DNA from: Escherichia phage CMSTMSU
Length of the DNA: 64,000 bases
Direction: 5' to 3' (one strand)
Sequence record: MH494197.1
A program made the translations under genes and the position numbers. The notes under the pieces are model-generated. The model did no database searches, was not told the origin of the DNA, and saw only the letters and a list, made by a program, of their open reading frames with translations. This document shows, in pieces, positions 57,141 to 64,000 of the stretch (position 1 is its first letter; every line of letters begins with the position of its first letter).

Positions 57141-57479
57141 TCATAGTTCATACATCTTTGATTTGAATTGCATTGGTCCACCAACTTCACATGGATAATT
57201 TTCCATAATACGATTCAAAAGTATCTGGTACTGTTGTAGTACTTCAATTTCCAAATGTATACTACTATCCAGTACTAATGACTCCTGAAACAATTCACCT
57301 CTATCTAAACCTGAAAAATCATTTATAGTTAGCATTGGCTTATCATTTGTACGCAATGTAAATGATTCCTCATTTCGGATTAATGTACAGAATTCATTAT
57401 GTTTTCTGTTGTAATCCATTTTAACCAATAATAACTTGGTGTGAGTTGCGTACATTATTTTTACTAATTCAGTCTTCAT
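57141..57479 (-). CDS. FQxS-module family protein
   Basis: 112 aa; DRGELFQESLVLDSS. Confidence 0.5.
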   Translation of the reverse strand: MKTELVKIMYATHTKLLLVKMDYNRKHNEFCTLIRNEESFTLRTNDKPMLTINDFSGLDRGELFQESLVLDSSIHLEIEVLQQYQILLNRIMENYPCEVGGPMQFKSKMYEL

Positions 57480-57750
57480 AACGGAATAAAATTCTCCTGT
57501 ACTGCTCCGGCTTAGTACTCAATCTCTTCACTGGATAATTGTCGAAGATCCTTTTCATTTCTTTCTGGATTAAACAAAGAAAATCAAAATCACAATAGTA
57601 TTTTTTATCCCATACTAAACTTTCTTGAAACAACTCATCTTCTTGCATTAGCGTAGTATCAATTGTATCTTCACGTGTATTTGAGTACGCTTCATGACAT
57701 TGAAAACCATCCTCGGATAATCCTAATGTATATGCCGCCATTTCAAACAT
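57469..57750 (-). CDS. FQxS-module family protein
   Basis: 93 aa; QEDELFQESLVWDKKYY. Confidence 0.5.
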   Translation of the reverse strand: MFEMAAYTLGLSEDGFQCHEAYSNTREDTIDTTLMQEDELFQESLVWDKKYYCDFDFLCLIQKEMKRIFDNYPVKRLSTKPEQYRRILFRYED

Positions 57751-57832
57751 ATCATCATTTGTCTTTAACGAAAGTAAACAACAAACGTATTTTTCGTTGT
57801 GTAGTAAGTAATGCTAATGGTATTCATTGGAT

Positions 57833-58435
57833 TTAAACCTCAGTATAAAGCTTACAATAGCTTTCATCGAAATCAAAAATACTTCTCAAGAACTGACAAA
57901 GGTCAGTAAAAATATTTACATTTGCTATATACACATTATCAAATTCTGTTCTTTCGAAGAATGTATGCATAGAATTTGTAATATATCTCATTGCAGATTC
58001 ACGCTGCATTGTTATATCATTTGTGAACATCGCATCTTCATCAGTACTGACTAATTCAATATCAAATGATTGCATATATGGGATACTCTTCCCTAGTGCA
58101 AAGCTATCACCGTATGATGCTTCAACTGCACCTTTAGAATACACCAATTGATATAAGTCCGAAATAGGGTTATAAAAAGTACGACATATTGATGAACATA
58201 ATTTATTATCTATCCAAAAGAAAACCCTATTTGTATTACCGTCAAATGCTATACGCAATCCATCACCATCTAACGATATATCACCATCGAGATTAAAAGA
58301 GAACTGAACTAATGCTTTTTCTAAGTCCATTCTTTTGTGATAAATGATTTCTTGCATATAGATAATATCATTTACTAATTTCTTAAAATACAAATGAACC
58401 TCAGTACTACAACATTTATTTGCATTTAATAACAT
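57833..58435 (-). CDS. hypothetical protein
   Basis: intact 200 aa ORF. Confidence 0.4.
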   Translation of the reverse strand: MLLNANKCCSTEVHLYFKKLVNDIIYMQEIIYHKRMDLEKALVQFSFNLDGDISLDGDGLRIAFDGNTNRVFFWIDNKLCSSICRTFYNPISDLYQLVYSKGAVEASYGDSFALGKSIPYMQSFDIELVSTDEDAMFTNDITMQRESAMRYITNSMHTFFERTEFDNVYIANVNIFTDLCQFLRSIFDFDESYCKLYTEV

Positions 58436-58484
58436 AGTAGATCCTTATACATTGCATGTATTCTTACAATGTCTCTGTAATAAC

Positions 58485-58918
58485 TCATATCTTCACGATT
58501 ATCATTAAAACAGTAACACTGAATACAGCAGTACTAATTGAACTATCAACAATGTACTCTTTTAATTTATTATAAAGATATATGCACTTAGTAGATGTAT
58601 CATCCCACATAAGACTATTTTGAAAGATGTTTTCTTCTGTGTTAGGATATAAGTACTGCTCAATCTTGTACCCCAATGAACTATCACAGTTTTTATATAC
58701 AGAAATAGATGGACATTCATATTGCACATAATACTAATAACATTATCATTGTATGTAGAAATTAAACTGGTACTGGATGCTACACTTTCATCGTAATTCA
58801 GTACTGAAATTCTTGCATTATCTGTGCAGTACAGATGTTTCATTCCACCTCTCATAGCTAGAGTAAGAAATTTATCAGTGAACCATATTCCTTTTGTTTT
58901 CAGTATAGTTTCATGCAT
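58485..58918 (-). CDS. FQxS-module family protein (frameshift-fragmented)
   Basis: ORFs 58562-58918 and 58485-58727; TEENIFQNSLMWDD. Confidence 0.45.
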
Positions 58919-58966
58919 AAGATAAGTTTCAATGAAGATTTTACACGCTCAAATGCCAAGTCAAGT

Positions 58967-59158
58967 TCATTGTACATAACGAATATCCTTCTGTAAGGAA
59001 TCAATATATTCTTTAACAACTTGTTCCTGATACTGTGTGCCCAAATACATCAGTACTTTTAACTCTTTGAATTCAGTACTATATGAGTCGGTTTGCATCA
59101 TTTTAGAAGAATATATATTGAATAGTTTAGCAATATCATCTTGGTCTATTATTTTCAT
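58967..59158 (-). CDS. hypothetical protein
   Basis: 63 aa ORF. Confidence 0.3.
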   Translation of the reverse strand: MKIIDQDDIAKLFNIYSSKMMQTDSYSTEFKELKVLMYLGTQYQEQVVKEYIDSLQKDIRYVQ

Positions 59159-59203
59159 TAACCCTCTTCTGAATAAGTTCCTGTAAGTGCTGAATATAAC
59201 CCT

Positions 59204-59841
59204 TCATTGCAACATCCTGTTTGTTAGAGCCAACGAAGAACAAGAGCTTAAAGTCATGGTAATCCATTTTGGTTTAGTAGTGAACCATATGTCCCACACT
59301 GCACTCACAGTTCTCATGTATTCAATTCGATTAAATGTTTTGAATACTTCATCGAAATCAACCTTTAATAAATTGATATTTAAATTACTGTTAAATGCCA
59401 TCTGCAATTCCATATAGAACTGAATAATAGCATAGTCAGGATCAGTACAAGATAGTTGAAAGCACTGTTCTTCAAATGAATTGTAATTGTACTTAGGAAT
59501 ATTAATAGTACGATATAACTCTGGATAACCCCATATCATAGTGTACACGTCAATTTCAGTACACTTTTTCTTAAAAGTCATCTGTCGAATAGTTTCAGAT
59601 CTGGATTCAAGGTATACAACATTCTTATGAACTGCTGAACCAATTGAAATCAATGATGTATCAATGACGTGTTTTCCACGTATCTCACACTTCTGGAATG
59701 CACCATTCCCTGTAAAAGTTTATGGAAATCGTACTTCTCACTAATAACTGTACTAGGATCGATTAAACCAGTACTGCATTTTTCAGTACTGGTACGATAG
59801 TGCGAATCTTTTTGATAAATCTTGTAATGCATCATAATCAT
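59204..59841 (-). CDS. FQxS-module family protein (frameshift-fragmented)
   Basis: ORFs 59650-59841 and 59204-59653; FEEQCFQLSCTDPDY. Confidence 0.45.
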
Positions 59842-59914
59842 TAATGTTAATTTTTCTCAAAGGATGCCTCTTCTATAGTAACGAAATCAACTAACCTATC
59901 AAGTTTTTCAGTGT

Positions 59915-60298
59915 CTAGATAAAATATATCCAGTACTGACTTCTGATATAGTACACTAAATGTACATAGATTGTCAAGTGTTCCTTCATTATAAACAGTA
60001 CTTCGAAGTACCCTTCTTCTGTACTCAGAGATAAAATATCAGAAATTTTAAAAGATTCTTCATTCTCATGACGCTCTATCGTAACTTCATCATATTTTCT
60101 GTTCAATGAAATATAATCGTATGCTAATTCAATAGTACTACAGTTGTTGTTGCTAGTGTCAAATAAAGAATCAATTGTAATCTTCGTGCCATTAGAAACT
60201 TCTCTTCGTTCATCATCTACGTATTCAGGATTTTCTTTGAAGAACTTAACAACTTTTAGAATATCATTTGCTTTCTTGATTGCACTTTCGTAACTCAT
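59915..60298 (-). CDS. FQxS-module family protein (variant)
   Basis: 127 aa; STEEGYFEVL. Confidence 0.4.
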   Translation of the reverse strand: MSYESAIKKANDILKVVKFFKENPEYVDDERREVSNGTKITIDSLFDTSNNNCSTIELAYDYISLNRKYDEVTIERHENEESFKISDILSLSTEEGYFEVLFIMKEHLTIYVHLVYYIRSQYWIYFI

Positions 60299-60382
60299 TT
60301 TTTCTGGACTCCATATATATCACCTGATTTAGTTCATATACATAATCTAAATCAATGAATATAGAATTATTAAAGTTCTCTT

Positions 60383-60565
60383 TCAGAAATGCATTAAAAC
60401 TACTAAAGCTCTTAATGCACTATTTGGGTATATAGTACTGTACTGGAAGTAAGCATCTTCTGAATTTAAGAATAGTACTTCTTCTTCGGTGAATTCAAAA
60501 TATTTTCCACTTTCATCGATTGAATAGAAAGTTCCAGAATCCCATACGAAGTACTTGAATTCCAA
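60383..60565 (-). CDS. FQxS-module family protein
   Basis: NSEDAYFQYSTIYPN; N-terminus likely further upstream. Confidence 0.4.
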   Translation of the reverse strand: MEFKYFVWDSGTFYSIDESGKYFEFTEEEVLFLNSEDAYFQYSTIYPNSALRALVVLMHF

Positions 60566-60734
60566 ATCATAATCATGGGACTCGTACTTATATTCATTAC
60601 CTAATCCTAGAATATCTGTACCAACACTTATAGTACTAATATATGCCCTTTATAGTCTAAGTACTTTACATTATTTTGAAAGAACTTTACTATATTAACT
60701 AATTCCTCAGCGTGCTTAAGATCACTTTCGTACA

Positions 60735-61109
60735 TTATATTTCAATCTCTATATATTTTTGGGTAATTAAGTAATCCCAGTAGTACTTCACATGTTTTTG
60801 TATCTCAAGTAAAGCATAAAAATTAATTCTCTTGTCCCATACAAGTGATTCCTGAAAAATAAATGATTCATGGTCATCTCTGTAATCACATTCAAGGAAG
60901 TCAGGAATATAATCACAATCGTGAAGATATTCAATCATTAAAGATTCATTACATCTTCTAACGGCAAGGTGCTGGAAATTATCATGATCGAAGAAATACA
61001 TTAAACTAATTGTACCGGAATGTACTGAATACTGTATAAGAATTTCATCGTTTGCCCTTATGTTCGGTACGTACATATTCATAATCCAAATAAAATCTTG
61101 TGCTATCAA
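60735..61109 (-). CDS. FQxS-module family protein
   Basis: 124 aa; DDHESFIFQESLVWDKRINFY. Confidence 0.45.
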   Translation of the reverse strand: MIAQDFIWIMNMYVPNIRANDEILIQYSVHSGTISLMYFFDHDNFQHLAVRRCNESLMIEYLHDCDYIPDFLECDYRDDHESFIFQESLVWDKRINFYALLEIQKHVKYYWDYLITQKYIEIEI

Positions 61110-61227
61110 TACTTTTAAAGTACCACATAATAACTAAAGTATCTAGTACTTCATCATCATACAAAGTACTATTCTGAAAGTAATACTCTTCACTATCCCA
61201 CGGACCTTTCAGTACTTCAAAGTTCAA
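61045..61227 (-). CDS. FQxS-module family protein
   Basis: VLKGPWDSEEYYFQNSTLYDDEVLDTLVIMWYFKS ... FYLDYEYV; may be fused to 60735-61109 by a frameshift. Confidence 0.45.
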   Translation of the reverse strand: MNFEVLKGPWDSEEYYFQNSTLYDDEVLDTLVIMWYFKSIDSTRFYLDYEYVRTEHKGKR

Positions 61228-61229
61228 TT

Positions 61230-61745
61230 TTAACGGTCTACTGCGATTATAAAACGGATTTCACCTCCATATGCATAACTAATAAATTCTGCATCTGGAT
61301 TGTATTGTGAAAAATCTGCTGGACTTTTGGAATTCAAACCAAGAATAACTGTAGTTGTAGCAAAATCACTATCCTTGTAGTAGTTACCATTCTCGGCTTT
61401 GTATACTTCTTCGAACTTCCCAGCCTTAATATCTTCAATATATGCCTGTAGTTCTTTTGCTTTATCAAGAGCACTTCGTAATGACATTATCTTCCCTACA
61501 GTATTCTCTACGTATTCATAATCGAAATAGAAACTACTAGAGCCAATACTTTTAAAGTACCACATAATTACAATAACATCTAATTCTTCTTCATTGTACA
61601 CAGTACTGTTCTGGAAGTAATATTCTTCACTATCCCACGGACCTTCCAGTACTGAATACGGAATGATTGTGTCATCATCATCGTAATCAGGGCTGTAAAT
61701 TATAATATCTTCATCTCTACAATAACTAATGTACTGATTGTACAT
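61230..61745 (-). CDS. FQxS-module family protein
   Basis: 171 aa; PYSVLEGPWDSEEYYFQNSTVYNEEELDVIVIMWYFKS ... FYFDYEYV. Confidence 0.5.
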   Translation of the reverse strand: MYNQYISYCRDEDIIIYSPDYDDDDTIIPYSVLEGPWDSEEYYFQNSTVYNEEELDVIVIMWYFKSIGSSSFYFDYEYVENTVGKIMSLRSALDKAKELQAYIEDIKAGKFEEVYKAENGNYYKDSDFATTTVILGLNSKSPADFSQYNPDAEFISYAYGGEIRFIIAVDR

Positions 61746-61905
61746 ATGATATTCACAGTCATCAGTATCACCCGTATCAGTGTGTAGTACTAACGTTTCT
61801 GCACATATCTCTGACTCATCATAATCGTCGCGGTCTTTTACAAAAATTCAGTATCAGATGTTTTATACACACGGCACTGAACCTTCTTGTACCATAATCA
61901 TGTAA

Positions 61906-62103
61906 TCATGAATCTTCTTTGCTTCTTTCAATGCACTTTCTAATGACATTACTAATCCCTGTACTTAAATATTCACATGCTCCCCAGTCAAGGAAGAAGG
62001 GTTCAAAATTCAATTCCTTAAAGTACCACAAAACAACCAAGGAATCAAGCATTTCTTGGTTAAAAATAAGACTCTGTTGGAAGTAATACTCTTCAGTACC
62101 CAC
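61906..62103 (-). CDS. FQxS-module family protein
   Basis: TEEYYFQQSLIFNQEMLDSLVVLWYFKE; N-terminal part in another frame to about 62350. Confidence 0.45.
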   Translation of the reverse strand: MGTEEYYFQQSLIFNQEMLDSLVVLWYFKELNFEPFFLDWGACEYLSTGISNVIRKCIERSKEDS

Positions 62104-62363
62104 GGCCCATCAAGTACCCGAAGTCAACAGGTGTATTTGATGTGTCAAAAGTAATCTTAGTACGGAATATATACAAAGAAACTAGTATATTGACTACATG
62201 AAGAGTACTGTATAGTATTGTCTTTATCATGGCCCATAAGTAAAATATCATCAGAGTATGTCTTTATACCTGATAGATAATACTCATTACCAAATGCACT
62301 TACTTTATCACCATAGAAACCACTTTTATGTTATCGTGGAAGTGATGTATTTTGTGTGCCAGT

Positions 62364-62738
62364 TTAAGTGCACTTGCTAAACTCATATATCCTCTTTAAT
62401 AACTCGTAGTAGATCCAAGTCCAGATAGAAGCTAGGACAATCGGTATTATTAAAGTACCACAGAATGACAAGCTTGTCAAGCACATATTCCTCGTAGATA
62501 GTATTCTGCTGGAAGTAGAACTCTTCACTTCCCAGTCATTATCCAGTACTGAATACGGAAGATGTTTCTCTGCTGCACCAGTTATAATGTCAGTATATTG
62601 TATTAAAATATCAGCATCACGACAGAAGTACATGTAATTATCTTCCAGATTAACATCACACCCAGTGAGTGTTGTTTCAGAAGAATCTAAGTTTTCTTCG
62701 TACATGTGAATGTACTCACTACTGTCATCGTATATCAT
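62364..62738 (-). CDS. FQxS-module family protein (frameshifted)
   Basis: LPYSVLDNDWE then, after a 1-nt shift, SEEFYFQQNTIYEEYVLDKLVILWYFNN ... FYLDLD. Confidence 0.45.
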   Translation of the reverse strand: MIYDDSSEYIHMYEENLDSSETTLTGCDVNLEDNYMYFCRDADILIQYTDIITGAAEKHLPYSVLDNDWEVKSSTSSRILSTRNMCLTSLSFCGTLIIPIVLASIWTWIYYELLKRIYEFSKCT

Positions 62739-63124
62739 TCGACAATAAGCTTTACCTTCCTTGAATAGATACCCATTGAGACGATTGAGTACTATTTCCT
62801 TTTACATAAATCAATTAACTTAGCAATTTCTAATGCTCTTGTAAAACTCATATCAACTCCTGTGTTGTGTCTTGATATAATCTCGGTACACCATGTGAAT
62901 ATTAGCTATATACAATTCACTAATATCATATGTACCGAAGTTCATGTCATTCCTAATGCTGTTGTTATGTCTAATATCAATTACGAATCGTCGAAGTATT
63001 GTATTCATGAATGATTCCATTTGTTCTTTTTATTCATAGCTTAAAACGATACCTATCTTTGAATCAGACTCTATACAGATTCTTCTATATTCTTTCATCT
63101 TCTGTTGGAGTTCAATTACTTCCT

Positions 63125-63448
63125 CTAGTGTACACAAGTACTTTTGTCAAATATTAATGACTCTTGAAATATTTCAGCCTCACCATGTACTGTTGTATAG
63201 TCTTTCATATTTTCTACAACTGTTCCTTTGGACTGATAATCAATGAAGCTAAAGTAAGCACCATTAAATTTAATGTACTGATCCATTTTGTGTTCATAAT
63301 CACCTTTGTTAAGATTGCAATACACTTCTAGCGAAGTACTAATCTTAGGTATAAACATAGAAAAATCATATTCCATATTACTCACCTGTATTGAAATAAT
63401 AATTACTTGTTGTTGGTGTAGATGTATCAAAGGTGTTTTCTTTAACAT
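63125..63448 (-). CDS. FQxS-module family protein
   Basis: N-domain MEYDFSMF ... CNLNKGDYEH and C-module HGEAEIFQESLIFDK. Confidence 0.45.
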   Translation of the reverse strand: MLKKTPLIHLHQQQVIIISIQVSNMEYDFSMFIPKISTSLEVYCNLNKGDYEHKMDQYIKFNGAYFSFIDYQSKGTVVENMKDYTTVHGEAEIFQESLIFDKSTCVH

Positions 63449-63743
63449 ATCTCTTCATTTCATTTTGTATAAAAATCATATCTTCTATTGTACATGAGTA
63501 CTTATTCTTGTCAAACACCAAAGAAGCTTGAAATAGTTCAGCATTATCTAGTACTGTATAATCTGTAATACTTTCAGAGTTATAGTCGAAGTCATCATGT
63601 AATACATCAATGAAATTAAAACACAAATCGGAGTACTGAATATATAAACTCAACTCATGTTCCGAATCACCCTTGATAAGATTACAGCATAAATCCCATC
63701 CTGTTCTGGACCTGCAAACGTACATTGAATAATCATATGTCAT
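63378..63743 (-). CDS. FQxS-module family protein
   Basis: 121 aa; N-domain MTYDYSMY ... CNLIKGDSEH; C-module YTVLDNAELFQASLVFDKNKY ... IQNEMKRY. Confidence 0.5.
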   Translation of the reverse strand: MTYDYSMYVCRSRTGWDLCCNLIKGDSEHELSLYIQYSDLCFNFIDVLHDDFDYNSESITDYTVLDNAELFQASLVFDKNKYSCTIEDMIFIQNEMKRYVKENTFDTSTPTTSNYYFNTGE

Positions 63744-64000
63744 TATGTAATTCCTATATTGAATTTGTATTCTTGATTAATACTTACATTGGATGTATTC
63801 AAAGCAGCATACTCTTTCATTTCATTTTGTATAGCAATTACTTCTTCTAGTGTACACAAGTACTTCTTATCAAATACTAATGCAGCTTGGAATAGTTCAG
63901 CGGCATCCATTACTGTATAATCCGGCATATCTTGATGTGGATACTGTAATGAATCGTAATCAATAAATGTAAATTTACCCTGAGTGTAATGAATATACTC
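63743..64000 (-). CDS. FQxS-module family protein (5' end beyond window)
   Basis: YTVMDAAELFQAALVFDKKY ... IQNEMKEY; upstream in-frame coding continues to the window edge. Confidence 0.45.
   Translation of the reverse strand, partial: EYIHYTQGKFTFIDYDSLQYPHQDMPDYTVMDAAELFQAALVFDKKYLCTLEEVIAIQNEMKEYAALNTSNVSINQEYKFNIGIT

Noticed and set aside
4827-63497. Plus-strand ORFs in the six-frame track (e.g. 4827-5114, 5913-6098, 10121-10309, 23210-23428, 29052-29294, 35828-36223)
   Set aside because: Each lies inside or antisense to a minus-strand gene with recognisable homology or consistent layout. They are low-complexity shadow frames typical of AT-rich DNA, with no RBS or conserved motifs.
1-64000. 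Alternative genetic code (stop-codon reassignment) as the cause of fragmented genes
   Set aside because: Adjacent fragments of the same protein are in different reading frames (e.g. nrdD frames change at 6540/6603 and 5912/5992), so the breaks are indels rather than in-frame stops.
45557-64000. Reading the E-x-x-Y-F-Q-x-S motif as genuine NIa/TEV-type protease cleavage sites
   Set aside because: P1' is usually N/E/Q/A rather than G/S, no 3C/NIa-like protease is seen, and the motif sits inside a longer conserved module, so it is most likely a structural motif.
1-64000. CRISPR array or classical direct-repeat element as the explanation for the recurring AGTACT
   Set aside because: Occurrences are single 6-8 bp palindromes at irregular spacing inside coding sequence, not 25-40 bp direct repeats separated by unique spacers.
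1-64000. T4 late promoters (TATAAATA) upstream of the fibre-like genes
   Set aside because: Scanning the reverse complement (TATTTATA) upstream of minus-strand genes by eye found no convincing match, so no late promoters are annotated.

Overview
AT-rich (roughly one-third G+C by eye) 64 kb segment of a large virulent dsDNA phage genome with T4-like early-gene content. Essentially every credible gene is on the minus strand; plus-strand ORFs in the track look like shadow frames. Recognisable genes, from high to low coordinate: polynucleotide kinase/phosphatase (30680-31606) and RNA ligase 1 (32415-33566), NadM-type NMN adenylyltransferase, Dam-like DNA adenine methyltransferase, T4-type ATP-dependent DNA ligase, two metallophosphatases, ClpP-like protease, dCMP deaminase, HslV-like peptidase, PIN-PhoH ATPase, a second CDA-fold deaminase, anaerobic ribonucleotide reductase NrdD with its activase NrdG, and S/T/N/G-rich fibre-like proteins at the left end. 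Many conserved genes are split across reading frames by what look like single-base indels, so merged gene spans are approximate. No tRNA, rRNA, CRISPR array or transposase was recognised. Two features stand out as unexplained: (1) the palindrome AGTACT, often as CAGTACTG, is about ten-fold over-represented across the whole window in all codon phases; (2) from about 45.5 kb to the right edge there is a tandem array of 30 or more small paralogous genes sharing a conserved E-E-x-[YFL]-F-Q-x-S-[LT]-[VIL] module that I do not recognise. All calls are from manual translation and motif recall; no database search was run.
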